The notes under the pieces are model-generated. The model saw only the letters and a list, made by a program, of their open reading frames with translations, searched no databases and was not told the origin of the DNA. Shown here one piece after another: positions 1 to 12,455 of a DNA stretch of 64,000 nt. The stretch spans positions 28,210,001 to 28,274,000 of the forward strand of contig OX597824.1 of NCBI GenBank assembly GCA_951406725.2, written 5' to 3'. This DNA comes from Octopus vulgaris (lineage: Eukaryota). A program made the position numbers and the translations under genes. Within the stretch, counting starts at the first letter, position 1. Every line of letters starts with the position of its first letter.

Positions 1-187
1 AAAGAGAAAACACAACAACGTGAGGATGTGGAACAAGTATAGTGTTTTTGGACGGCCAGGAAAGGAAAGGATGAAGGAGGATTTAACGTTTCTAGCCAAG
101 CTCTTCGTCAGAAACATAGAAAAAGGAAAGGTCCAAGGAAGGGCAGACGGAGAAAGAAATTCGTCAACGATACACACGTGGTCACAC
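1..187 (-). mobile_element. HHR-bearing non-coding element (family H1), cut by window edge; Penelope-like terminal repeat/retrozyme-like
   Basis: Reverse complement aligns by eye with 9645-9800 and 9232-9400; contains hammerhead motif. Confidence 0.7.
81..115 (-). ncRNA. Minimal type I hammerhead ribozyme motif
   Basis: Minus strand GTTT-CTGACGA-A-GAGC-ttg-GCTA-GAAA-CG-TT-AAAT: canonical CUGANGA/GAAA core, stem II with one mismatch, palindromic AACGTT at stem III. Confidence 0.65.
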
Positions 188-644
188 ACACACATACAAA
201 CAATTCACATTATTACATTTAATGATCATCAAACCTTTGAAACAGCTGTAAAGGATGATTCATATTCTCCTCTCTGTCTTGTCTGAGCGGTTCTTCATGT
301 TCCGGTCTTTTCGTTTTCATCTGTATCATTACAAAATGATTTTTTCATATATATCCTCTCTGTGAAGAACGGCTATGAACTCTCGCTTTCCGCTTCCTGA
401 TTTTCCTGTTGTTCTGCTAAATTGAATTTATAACATCTTTTGTATAATCAATTTATAAATGCGTTCAACAACATGTTGTCCATCTTTTATTTTATTATAC
501 TATCATTAGCTTGACCAGTACATGGCTTATAGGAAACATTTGTTTGCCTGTATCCCGTCTCCTATCGCTTAACTTTGAATTTTCACAGCATTTGGTCTAT
601 TCTGAGCAGTAATTATTGTCTATATCTATTATAGGCCTTATCTA

Positions 645-733
645 TTATATATATATATATATATATGCATTCATGTATATGTATATATATATGTGTGTAT
701 GTGTGTGTGTGTGTGTGTATATATATACATTCA

Positions 734-765
<32 letters not shown>

Positions 766-958
766 GACATATGAAGAGAGAAAGAAAGGGAGTGTGAAAG
801 AGAGAGTGAGAGAAAAGAGTGAGATAGATAGATAGATAGATAGACATATATATGTGTAAATGTATATATATATATATATATATGTATGTGTATGTATACG
901 TATATACATATATACACATACATGTATGTGCATATATGTGTATGCATAGAAGTGTATG

Positions 959-1005
<47 letters not shown>

Positions 1006-1030
1006 TTGTATGTATGTGTGTGTGCGTGCG
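645..1030. repeat. Compound (TA)n/(TG)n/(TAGA)n microsatellite
   Basis: Directly visible; explains the YIYI/LSIY ORFs. Confidence 0.95.
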
Positions 1031-2546
1031 TATAAGTATATGAGGTTGGAGGTTTGTATGTAGGTATATTATGAACATGTACAGACGCCCGCATGCGGAT
1101 ATCGATAACCAGTAGAAATGAGAATTAAATATATAAAGTATAATTGCTTATAGATGTAATTATTGCAAATATCAATATCTAACATATATGAGATAGAAAT
1201 ATATATATACGTTGTCAAAAATACACATAACTACGGAGAGAGAGAGTGTGTGTGAGAGAGAGAGAGAGAGAGTGAGTGAGAATGAGAGAGAGCGAGAGAG
1301 ACAGACATGCAGACGGACAGACAGATAGACAGAGACAGAGAGACATGCATTGATAATTCCGATAGCAATTAAGGATAAATTCACATGTTGCTGCAGCGAA
1401 CCACATACAAACGCAAAAGTCTATATTGATATGGAATCGCTCCATCTCTCGCTAATACGATTTATGCTCAATTATTTACAATAAATATATTATTAACAGA
1501 ACTTTTGATATTGGTCATTGATGACCTCCTAAACACGCTGATAGATTACTATCGAACGTTGATTCACTTTACAATGATTTTTGCGGACTCGTCAAAAGAA
1601 GAGAAATGTTCGGTTTTAAATATATTAATGCTGCTTACTCATTTAGCAGAATGTTTCCAATCTCGTTAAGGATGTGTAATGAGCACCATAAGCTGTCAGT
1701 GTTGTGGGTGTTATCTTGACTAATAGCCCTTGGATTTGGTACTGACTAAAATGAGGTGTATATACACATATTGATTATTTGTAGTGTAGTGAATTGAATT
1801 ATTTGAATTACACGTTCAGGTTATGTATACGACTTTGTTATCGAGACTAGATGTATTTACTAGACATTTCATCAAAGACAAACAACATGTCCATTAGTAC
1901 CCATATTTTACATTCACTTCTTCAGAAAACTGTATTTCAATCAGAACTGGAAAGCACTTGTAATGCTACTGCTCGGGTTTATGATCAGAAGACAGGGCCT
2001 TGACGTCACAGGATTCTGTGGTAGTAGGCACCTCACCTGGGATGCCAAATATTGTAACATCTCCAGAGGCAACTTGGCGTTGTCAACTACCAGCCCAGGT
2101 TCCACTGTTCATCAGGCTGAGGAAAACAAACTCTCAAGGTATTGATCACTCACCAACAATTTATGGCTAAGCTTGTGACATTTGAGCCCGCCAACATTCT
2201 TCCCCCACCCCCCACCAGACCATATCCCTGTTCACCGCTATCAGGATGGAGTTTGCTGTCCACAAGGGCAAGACCTGTGAGTGAAAATGGCTGTCCGAGC
2301 ACATCTCGTTTCCCATCCCCTGGGGCAACGCGTTTTCTGTTTTGTTTGTTGGTGCCATGAGAAATGTCATTCAATGACTTTATCAAAGAGTTTAATGACA
2401 TCTGCTTAACTGTGCATAAAACTATATCATAACAGCGTTTGATAAACTGCTGACATTTCATAAAAGGCAGGTGCATGATAACTCCGTTAGCACCCAAACC
2501 AATCAGCCGTTTCTTCATAAAACTCTATTTCTCAATCTGTGTATCT

Positions 2547-2776
2547 GTTTCTTTATTACCCACAAGGGACTAAATATAGAGGGGACAAACAAGTACAGAC
2601 AAACGGATTAAGTCGATTACATCGACTCCAGTGCGTAACTGGTACTTAATTTATCGACCCCGAAAGGATGAAAGGCAAAGGCGACCTCGGCGAAATTTGA
2701 ACTCAGAACGTAACGGCAGACGAAATACGGCTACGCATTTCGCCCGGCGTGCTAACATTTCTGCCAGCTCGCCGCC
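2547..2776 (-). mobile_element. tRNA-derived SINE family A
   Basis: Minus-strand head GGCGGCGAGCTGGCAG (A-box-like), GAGTTCAAAT B box, core TTTGCCTTTCATCCTTTCGGGGTCGATAAATTAAGTACCAG; more than 15 copies in window. Confidence 0.9.
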
Positions 2777-3228
2777 TTCTGTTTCTGAATCGGTGTATCG
2801 CTTGGCGACAAGCATGTTCGGGAAATCACCCGTGAAACAGCAGCTCTTCTGATTGCGTAATGTCTATCTGATTCAACTGGCCCAGGTTCAAAGTTTGTCG
2901 TTCTTGTCCTGATCAGTACATTGTATTTAAACAGTAATATTTATAGAATCAGTAAGGAGTCTTCCGCCTTATTAAAACACATAAACACGACACATTTTCG
3001 CCGTTGTTCTATTCTGCTGTGTCCACCTCCAAGCTTCAGCACACATTATTTCGTCAAATATTTACTCCATAGAATTTCTACTCCCCGGCATTTCATTCCA
3101 TATAAATTTATTTTTCTCTTGTCACTTTAACCTACAAACTTCGTCTGAGAAGTCGTTAGGTTAAGCGTCAACAGAATCGTTCCCACAGCTGGAGGACGGA
3201 AGGAAAAGGTTATGATCAGAGCCAACAA

Positions 3229-3618
3229 TCTCTTTTACTTGTTTCAGTCATTATACTGCAGCCATGCTGAAGCACCAGGGGGTCGATTTGCTCGACCCCA
3301 GGACTTATTCTTTGTAAGCCTAGTACTTATTCTATCGGTCTCTTTTGCCGAACCGCTAAGTTACGGGGACGTAAACACACCAGCATCGGTTGTCAAGCGA
3401 TGTTGGGGAGACAAACACAGACACACAAACACACACACATAGATATACATATATACGACGGGCTTCTTTCAGTTTCCGCCTACCAAATCCACCCACAAGG
3501 CTTTGGTCGGCACGTGACTATAGTACAAGACGCTTGACCAAGGTGTCACGCACTGGGACTGAACCCGGAACCATGTGGTTGGTAAGCAAGCTATTTACCA
3601 CACAGCCATTCCTGCGCC
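3229..3618 (-). mobile_element. tRNA-derived SINE family B (CORE-like)
   Basis: Reverse complement of 8174-8580; A box TGGCTGTGTGG, B box GGTTCAGTCCC. Confidence 0.9.
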
Positions 3619-4325
3619 TCTTAACTATTCTAAAGCGACAGTGATATATTTCCTATATTTTCCCGACCAGAAGTGACTCCGACTTCCCTGTTAGATTACA
3701 CTTTGAATCATTCTCTTACACTTCTTCAACGTCCTTTCCGCAAAACTCCGCTATCGAAATTCTTCATTTATTCCATTTCACACGCTAAGATTTCCTGCAT
3801 AATTAACAAATAATTATTTTGATTTATCACTTTACACATTACAAAATCCATTAGATTGGGGTATGTTTTGTTTTATGCATTTAATGTTTTTTAAATTTCT
3901 ATTTTCTTTTAGCGTTTATTTTTTTCCGTACATTTTGGCAAATAAAAAGTTAATTCTTTTTCATCAAGATTTCCATTCCAATTAAAACCTACACACACAA
4001 TTTCAGTCTCTGCTGTTTTAATAGAACTAAATGTGTCTGACAGATAACAGAAAGCACTTTATATTGGAGATTTAGATGGACAAATAAAAATTACATGGTT
4101 GATTCATTATTATTACTAGATATTTTATTTTGTTTTGCTTTTTTTCTAAGACATCGCACGGAACGTCTTATTTTAATTACTATGATTGAGTAGAACACCT
4201 TATATAGTTGTAAACGCCCGACAAATTATCTGTGCGACAAGGTTTCGATGCTGCTTCGGTAGTCCTATTTCATTTACTCGGCAAAAGGAGACACCGCACA
4301 TGCAACTTAATAATATTCATAAAGG

Positions 4326-5142
4326 TTTCAATTTTTTGCCACAAGGGCAGCTTGTACGCAACGCTTGTACGCAACGCTTGTACGCAACGCTTGTACGCAA
4401 CGCTTGTATGCAAATAAGTACGCAACTGGTACTTATATAATCGAACCCGAAAGGATGAAAGGCAAAGTCGACCTCGGCGGAATTTGAACTCAGAACGTAA
4501 CCGCAGACGAAATACGGCTACGCATACCACGCCCGTCGAAATGCGTAGCCGTATTTTGTCTGCCGTTATGTTCTGTGTTCAAATTCCGCCGAGGTCGATT
4601 TGCCTTTCATTCTTTTGTACCAGTTACGCTCTGGGGTCGATGTAATCGACTAAATCCCTTTGTCTGTCCTTGATTGTCCCCTCTGTGTTTAGACTCTTGT
4701 GGGTAGTAAAGAAATATGTACTTATTTAATCGAACCCCAAAGGATGAAAGGCAAAGTCGACCTCGGCGGAAATCATTATGATCTGAGTTCAAATTCCGCC
4801 CAGGTCGACTTTGCCTTTCATCTTTTCGGGATCGATGAATTATGTACCACTTGCGTACTGGTGTTGATCTAATCTACTGCCCCCGCCTCCCCCAAAATGT
4901 CGGGCCTTGTACCTAGAGTAGAAAAGAATAATAATAATGACGATGATTTCAAAAGTTTAGTCAACAATTTCGAGAGAGGTGGTAAGTCGATTACGCCGAT
5001 GCCAGGGCTCAACTGCTACCGACTTTATCGACAAAGAAGGGATAGAAAGACAAAAGTCGACATCGGCAGAATTTGAACCCAGAATGTAAAGACTGGCGAA
5101 ATGGTAATAAGCATTTTGCCTGGCGATCTAACGACCCTGCCA
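4326..5142. mobile_element. Cluster of SINE family A fragments in alternating orientation
   Basis: Minus copy ~4420-4530, plus 4538-4715, minus 4720-4772, plus 4783-4928, minus 4945-5142. Confidence 0.85.
4350..4413. repeat. 13-bp minisatellite (GCTTGTACGCAAC) x ~5
   Basis: Four perfect units plus one variant; unit resembles the adjacent SINE segment GTACGCAAC. Confidence 0.95.
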
Positions 5143-5681
5143 AAGAACTTGTAAATGTTACGCTTATAAATTTGCTCCTAAATACTTGTTGAAGTCAAAT
5201 ATTAATAAAGATTAATAAAATAAATGAATCACACTCAATTTAAACTGTCTCAGTTGTTAAAAATGGGATTAGTTACATTGGATTCCTTGCATAAACCATT
5301 AAAATTGGATTGCACAATTTAAATCTAATTGTGCATCCCCATACATAAATAAGCCGAAATCAGATGCAAATTGCGACTATAAGGGTGAGTATGCAGCTGA
5401 AATTCAGTAAAGAAAATTTTTAAATGTCTGAGTGCAACCTTTTGTTTAAAATAGGCAACTTTTATAGACACAGAGATAAATAACTGAAGTTTCTAAAGTA
5501 CTAAATATATCATTTCTAATTTTGGCACAAGGCCAGGAATTTTGAGGGGATGGACCAAGTTGATTACTTTGACCCCACATCTTGACGGGTACCCCAATAT
5601 TTTATCGACGCTAATGCACACACTCAGGCATATAAATATATACATACACAGAAATGCACATACAATAACCTGGTTAAATTA

Positions 5682-6093
5682 TTTCTTTATTGCCCACAAG
5701 AGCTAAACATAGAGGGGACAAAAAAGGACAGACAAACAGATTAAGTAGATTATATCGACCCCTGTGCGTAACAGGTACTTAATTCATCGACCCCGAAGGG
5801 ATGAAATGCAAAGTCGACCTCGGCGGAGTTTGCACTCAGAACGTAACGGCAGACGAAATACCTATTTCTTTTTTACCCACAAGTGGCTAAACATACAGGG
5901 GACGAACAAGGTCAGACATAGGTATTTAATCGATTACATCGACCTCAGTGTGTAGCTGGTACTCATGTAATCGCCCCCGAAAGGATGAAAGTCAAAGTCG
6001 ACCTCGGCGGAATATGAACTCAGAACGTAACGGCAGACGAAATACCGCGAAGCATTTCGCCCGACGTGCTAACGATTCTGCCAGCTGGCCGCC
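5682..6093 (-). mobile_element. SINE family A, dimeric
   Basis: Two tandem core+tail units behind one complete head. Confidence 0.9.
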
Positions 6094-6339
6094 TTCAACC
6101 AGGTTAAATTATATCCGGTTGTGGAGCCTCGAACGAAAATATGTCGTGCTTTGGAAATTAGCTGCCCTCTGGATACCAATGTAGTTAGAAAAGTACAGAA
6201 GGCTAGATCTATGGATCATCTATCGAAAATAGGTTTTCAGTTTTACAAGAAGATATAAACAAACCTGCTGTACGTGTGTTTTCGAGGAGATGATGCATCT
6301 CTTTAATCCATACGTTAGAAATGATAGTGAAATCACCGT

Positions 6340-6647
6340 GATCACCGAGACCGACTAGGCTATCAAATGTTGCTACACGTCGCTGGTCACAATGCGCTTC
6401 GCATTGTTTTAGCCTTCAACTGACACCACACCGCTGGCTAAGCGAACAGGCTAACAGAAGAAAGAGAGAAATGAGAGAAAGTTGTGGCGAAAGAGTACAG
6501 TAGGGATCGCCACCACCCTCTGCTGGAACCTCGTGGAGCTTTAGGTGTTTTCGCTCAATAAACACTCACAACGCCCGGTCTGGGAATCGAAACCGCGATC
6601 CTACGACAGCGAGTCCGCTGCCGTAACCATTGGGCCATTGCGCCTCC
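6340..6647 (-). mobile_element. tRNA-derived SINE family C
   Basis: Minus head GGAGGCGCAATGGCCCAATGGTTA...GGTTTCGATTCC (A/B boxes); second copy 61110-61351. Confidence 0.85.
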
Positions 6648-6739
6648 AGGATAGTGAAATATGTGGCTATAAAGATTCACAAAACCTTCTGAAGTTTTAT
6701 GTGATGATGACCAAAACAAGATGCTTTCCTTTGCCACCT

Positions 6740-7200
6740 TGATGCCAAGCAGGTGTCCGGTCAACAATAACTGTAAACTAAGAAGAGAAAAAGAATACAT
6801 TTATACATAAATATTCTTGAGAATTTCATACACTGGGAAATTATACCAGCATTATGTAATGTTATCAGTGAAAGGATATGTTGAAATAAACACCATTAAA
6901 TATCTCAGATGATGAGAAAGTCACTATAATTTGGACAAAACACAGAAGGGAATTTAAGTAGATACTATGAAAAAGAAATAGTGACATCTGCGACCATTAG
7001 GCACTGAAAATCTTTATAAGACAATCGCTGATAAAAATAGAGAATCTATAAAATTAGAAAGAACTGAAAACATTGATGTGCAAATTACGGGGAACTGAAA
7101 CGTGGAATTGTCTCAATAATAGGTACTTTATGAAGTATTAAAGATTTAGATATAGTTATAACCCAAATCGAGATCTTCCGTATATCAAAAACATACTGAA
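6740..7200 (+). pseudogene. Highly decayed C-terminal fragment of probable R4/Dong-type non-LTR retrotransposon
   Basis: Broken-frame peptides GCPV-like, KEYIY, IHWEI, QHY, EKVTIIW, IIGTL in the order expected for the CCHC/REL-endonuclease region; ends at (TAA)n. Confidence 0.4.
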
Positions 7201-7213
7201 ATATATAAGTAAC

Positions 7214-7270
<57 letters not shown>

Positions 7271-7777
7271 GATCTTAACTGATTGGAAGTGTTATCATGT
7301 ACATTGTTTTGTCTTGGTATAAAAGATGGGCTACAGCAAATATTCTGCTCAATACCACAGATTTGCTTGTCAGTTGTTTGACCTTAACCAGTTGAGCATG
7401 TCCCTTAGTGGCTGACGGTATGTGCATCTCTGATCACGAGCAGAAGTAGTGGGTAGCGTCATAGCCATGTGTTGAGAGGGATTCTTTGGGGTTTGAATAA
7501 TTCACCTCTGGAAACATGGGTGGTTCTTTCAACATCCATAAACAACCCTTATTCAGGGACCTTTTGAGCGGGATGGGCTACTCAACCTGAAGAAAATTCT
7601 AACTGGGCCCCACCTGCAAGGTCATGTGCTGTTTATCTTGATATGAGATCACCATGTCGCGCACATATGGTTGTGATGCAAGTGTACCCTTATCAGACGG
7701 GTAGGCATGATGGGTATATTGGGCTTCGTATATTTTACCCCAGTGTCACTTTGATGGCATGCACTGCTCTCTCACTC

Positions 7778-7809
<32 letters not shown>

Positions 7810-8015
7810 CAACAACAGCAACAACAGCAACAACAACAGCAACAACAACAACAACAATACTAATAATCCCCATGTTGCGCACATATGGTTGTGATGCATG
7901 TGCCTTGTGTACCCTTATCAGACGGGAGGTCATAATGAGTATACTGGGCTTCCTATATATTAGCCCAGTGTCACTTTGATGGCATGCACTGCTCTCTCTC
8001 ACTCAATAATAATAA
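7271..8015 (+). mobile_element. (TAA)n-flanked non-coding retroelement 3' end plus a second shorter copy
   Basis: 7271-7777 lies between (TAA)n tracts; 7868-8003 repeats its last ~130 bp and again ends GCACTGCTCTCTCACTC(AAT)n. Confidence 0.7.
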
Positions 8016-8173
8016 TAATGATAATAAAGCTGAAATGACAGTGAAAGTGTCCGTGTGTTTATTGACAAAATGACCACACACAAATATGACAATGTCTTTT
8101 TCAAGACACAATTTCATGTCAAGAATTTTACAAAACCAATACATAAACATACATACATACATACATACATATA

Positions 8174-8580
8174 GGCGCAGGAGTGGCTGTGTGGTAAGTA
8201 GCTTGTTTACCAACCACATGGTTCCGGGTTCAGTCCCACTGCGTGGCACCTTGGGCAAGTGTCTTCTACTATAGCCTCGGGCCGACCAAAGCCTTGTGAG
8301 TGGATTTCGTAGACGGAAACTGAAAGAAGCCCGTCGCATATATGTACATATATATATGCGTGCGTGTGTTTGTGTGTCTGTGTTTGTCCCCCTAGCATTG
8401 CTTGGCAACCGATTCTGGTGTGTTTATGTCCCCGTTTCTTAGCGGTTCGGCAAAAGACACCGATAGAATAAGTACTGGGCTTACAAAAGGATAAGTCCCG
8501 GGGTCGATTTGTTCGATTAAAAGGCGGTGCTCCAGCATGGCCGCAGTCAAATGACTGAAACAAGTAAAAGAGTAAAGAGT
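8174..8580 (+). mobile_element. SINE family B, full length
   Basis: GGCGCAGGAGTGGCTGTGTGGTAAG head, GGTTCAGTCCC B box, CORE-like ACCTTGGGCAAGTG, internal microsatellite, tail GGCGGTGCTCCAGCATGGCCGCAG...CTGAAACAAGTAAAAGAG. Confidence 0.92.
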
Positions 8581-8594
8581 ATACATACATACAT

Positions 8595-8859
8595 AATATC
8601 AAAGAGCATGGAGACTTGTAAATGCACATCCATATAATTCATGCTATAGTTATATACAGCATATTATAATGGCCTGCACGTGTTTCCACTGCAGTGGCTA
8701 CTTACAGTTGCAGACGCAACCTTGCAGTATTTTCGGTGCAGCTTCTTCAGTGTCTGTCCACTTGGTCTTCTTGGAAGTGAACTGGTTGAAGTAAATTTTT
8801 GTTAGCATAACTATGGAATGTATTTTATGAATGTACAAGTCTCCATACTATTTGCTACT
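8595..8859 (-). mobile_element. Short element with ~50-bp imperfect inverted arms and a decayed HHR (8711-8756)
   Basis: AGCATGGAGACTTGTA (8605) vs TACAAGTCTCCATACT (~8834); minus CAGACA-CTGAAGA-agctgcacc-GAAA...CGTCTG. Confidence 0.5.
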
Positions 8860-9120
8860 ATTAATATTAATATATACTCGAGGTGACCTTTACTGCTCAG
8901 CGTAGGACACCTGGATATACCAGAGTGACTAACAACTAATTGTAAACGCAGACGGTGGATACTGTTTCGGTGTGGTTAACCGTCAACTGAAACTCAACTG
9001 AGAACCAACGCGGTATCGCCCGGATAATATATCCCTCCAAACTCACTTTTATATACACACACAAACACAGACACACACACGCACACACACACAAACACAC
9101 AAACACACACACACATCTAT

Positions 9121-9185
<65 letters not shown>

Positions 9186-9273
9186 CATCTATCCATCTAT
9201 CTCTCGTTCTCTCTCTCTATATATATATATGTTTTCCTCTGTCTTCCCTTCTCTTGATCTTTCCTTCTCCTAT

Positions 9274-9308
9274 GTTTCCGACGAAGAGCTCCGCTCGAAA
9301 CGTTAAGC
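9274..9308 (+). ncRNA. Minimal type I hammerhead motif (CCGACGA core)
   Basis: GTTT-CCGACGA-A-GAGC-tcc-GCTC-GAAA-CG-TT-AAGC. Confidence 0.65.
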
Positions 9309-9716
9309 CCTCCTTCTTTCCTTCTTTCCTGAGCGTCCAATAATACTATATTTGTTCCACGTCCTCGCGTTGTTGTGTTTTTTTGTGCTTTCTTGTTTGG
9401 ATTAACTTTATATACCGCACGCTCACACGGACCCCGGCCCTCTGAGTGCCTTGGATACCAATTCCTGGATTTTTACACCTACGGATTACTGTACGCCACT
9501 GAATTCATGATTGGAGTACGCCACTGAATTCATGATTGGAAATCAAAAAAATTTGTCCACTTTTTCCTCGTCCTTTTTTACCTTTCCTCTTCTACTTCCA
9601 TTTTTCGACTTGTGTCACCACCACTTACACCTACACAGACATTCACTGACCTTGTGTGTACCGTTGGCGATTTTTTTTCCTCTGTCTTCCCTTCTCTGGA
9701 TCTTTCCTTTTCCTAT

Positions 9717-9751
9717 GTTTCCGACGAAGAGCTCCGCTCGAAACGTTAAAC
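9717..9751 (+). ncRNA. Minimal type I hammerhead motif (CCGACGA core)
   Basis: GTTT-CCGACGA-A-GAGC-tcc-GCTC-GAAA-CG-TT-AAAC; perfect 4-bp stems I and II. Confidence 0.7.
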
Positions 9752-9902
9752 CCTCCTCCTTTCTTTCTTTCCTTCTTTCCTGAGCGTCCAATAATACTAT
9801 ATTTGTTTTTTGTGCTTTCTTGTTTGGATTAACTTTATATATATATATATATAAGCAAAAATAAATCTCTGAGCGAGGTATAAACAGTAGCTGCAACACA
9901 TC

Positions 9903-10245
9903 GTGAAGTATATTTGCCACTTAAAGTTGGCTAACCCCTAAGGGTGGATGCTAATGTAGTTTGTAGCCCCAGGAGGACACCTCCTCCAGCTGGCTATAGA
10001 CACACTTTCTGTGCCCTATCAGTATTTGCAAAGGGAAGCCATCCTTTTCGTCTTCCGACTCAGAAACTCGAGTCCGTGTGTATCATAAGTTGAAGACGGG
10101 AAGGATGGCTTACCTTTGCAAATACTGATAGGGTACGGAAAGTGTGTGTATAGCCAGCTGGAGGAGGTGTCCTCCTGGGACTACAAGCTACAGTAGCATC
10201 CACCCTTAGGGGGTTGGCCATATTTAAATGGCAAATATACTTCAC
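9903..10245. repeat. Long imperfect inverted repeat (~158-bp arms, ~27-bp spacer)
   Basis: 9903-10060 is the reverse complement of 10088-10245 with scattered mismatches; followed by (TA)n. Confidence 0.9.
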
Positions 10246-11129
10246 TATATATATATATCTTGCGGGTGAGCTGTGGAGGGAGATAGAGAGAGAGGCGGAG
10301 ACAGAGACAGAGAAAAAGAGAGATTCAGACAGTGTTAATGTGCTCAAAATACGGTCGCCGTATGTTGCCGAAAATAGCATCAATATGTGTAATCAATTAA
10401 CAAAAAAAAGACACATTTGAAATATTTCTTGCTAATAAATGATTAGTGAGTGAAGAAATCAGATGACTATGGTCATTAAAAAGTAGTGCAGCTAACATCA
10501 CCGGCGACATTTATAGGGAAATTTTGTCTCTAAATCCACCGAAGAAGCCATTACGCTTACAGATCATAGTCTGTTGAAGGTATTAACATAAATATTTAAT
10601 CAGACTTGTAAACGCTATTGTTAGTAACATGAGCAAGTGATTGAAAGAGTTCTGAAACGAAACTTATTATATTCAGTATAGTAGGACTTTCGAAATGTTT
10701 CTAGATAAAAGCTAAAAAGCTTTTAGTCTGATCATATTCTATATTGATAAGGTATGTTTGAATTACTCTAGCTTTTATAGGCTGCAGATGATACGGTGTT
10801 TCAGCACACACTACATCACGATTTTTTCATGTTTTCACACGCATTTGTACATATGCGAAACACCCTCTCCCCCTCCCAGTCTTTTTTTTTCTCTTTCTTC
10901 CTTTCTTTTTTACGCTGTATGTACCTCTTTCGAAACACATAAATATTTTGTATATGTGCGTATGCTTGTGCGAACCGACGCATTAGTGTATGCCAAAAAA
11001 AATATATATATATATATACTCATATATAATGTGTGTTTATCTCTGTGAGTGCGTGTGCAATACATGCGACTGTCAGGTTTTGTTGGCGTTTAAAAACACG
11101 ATTCACTCAATATCAATGTACACACACAC

Positions 11130-11130
<1 letters not shown>

Positions 11131-11226
<96 letters not shown>

Positions 11227-11284
11227 TTATATTTATATATATATGTGTAGTATATATATATATATATATACACTATACATATAT

Positions 11285-11374
<90 letters not shown>

Positions 11375-11418
11375 TTATATATATATGTGTAGTATATATG
11401 TATATATATATATACACT

Positions 11419-11470
<52 letters not shown>
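11131..11470. repeat. (TA)n array with a duplicated internal compound unit
   Basis: TTTATATTTATATATATATGTGTAGTATA...CACTATACAT occurs twice (~11226 and ~11368). Confidence 0.9.
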
Positions 11471-11472
<2 letters not shown>

Positions 11473-12144
11473 TTATACATTTGTACTCGCACAACGAAAA
11501 ATATTTTCACGACAGAAAGCAGCTGCCCACTTTCATTAATTATATTTAACTATTGACGGTACCCCCATCCACTATTCTAAATTTTCAATTGTTTCTCAAT
11601 GTATATTTGTTTCAATATTCTAATTATATATATATATATAATTTTTTTTTTAATACAATAGACCTACAACTGTGATACAAATTATATTTTTTTACGTTCT
11701 TGAACAATTTTTTTGTTGTCTCTGCTCACATACATTTGCAAGAAAAAATGAGGGGGAAAAAAGCTTTAATGTAATTACGAGAATAGTAGGTCGCAGTGCG
11801 CTGGCATTCGTTGTAACATAACTCACGTAAATACAAAATCGAAATATATTTGATGCGTTGCCATAAACAGATGATGTCGTTTTGGTGACCAGAAAGAACA
11901 GACAGAGGAATTAAATGTCTTACAATATTTTTGATACGTGCATTTAGATTTAGAGCATAATTCTCAGTAATGTCTAGTTTCCCTTGAATTTTAATATGTA
12001 TGGGATTGGTGGATGACGGTGACATGCTGGCAGAATCGTTAGCACGAAGTGCTTCATGCTTCGTAGCATTTCGTTTGTCTATGTTTGTTTGTTTTTTTTA
12101 ATATATATCTTAGTTCAAATTCCGTCAAGAGCGATTTTGAATTA

Positions 12145-12455
12145 GGCGGCGAGCTGGCAGAAACGTTAGCACGCCGGGCGGAATGCGTAACCGTATTTCG
12201 TCTGCCGCTACGTTCTGAGTTCAAATTCCGCCGAGGTCGACTTTGCCTGTCATCCTTTCGGGGTCGATAAATTAAGTACCAGTTACGCACTGTGGTCGAT
12301 ATAATCGACACAATCCGTTTGTCTGTCCTTGTTTGTCGTCTCTGTGTTTAGCCCCTTGTGGGTAGTAAAGAAATAGGTATTCCTTCTGCTGTTACGTTGT
12401 AAGTTTAAATTCCGCCGAGGTCGACTTTGCCTTTCATCCTTTCGGGGTGGATAAA
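12145..12455 (+). mobile_element. SINE family A (1.5 units)
   Basis: Matches family A; decayed head upstream at ~12015-12135. Confidence 0.9.

Larger units (their letters stand above)
9232..9840 (+). mobile_element. HHR element family H1, tandem pair with two hammerheads 443 nt apart
   Basis: 9232-9414 repeated at 9675-9840 (second copy has a ~23-bp deletion); flanked by TA tracts. Confidence 0.8.

Noticed and set aside
2150-2518. 122-aa ORF in GC-richer island 1920-2520
   Set aside because: No recognisable domain; probably old transposon debris
4350-4413. Regular short repeats suggesting CRISPR
   Set aside because: No spacers, no cas genes, eukaryotic context
6575-6647. tRNA-like sequence (also SINE A and B heads)
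   Set aside because: Runs directly into SINE body, multiple diverged copies, no clean cloverleaf
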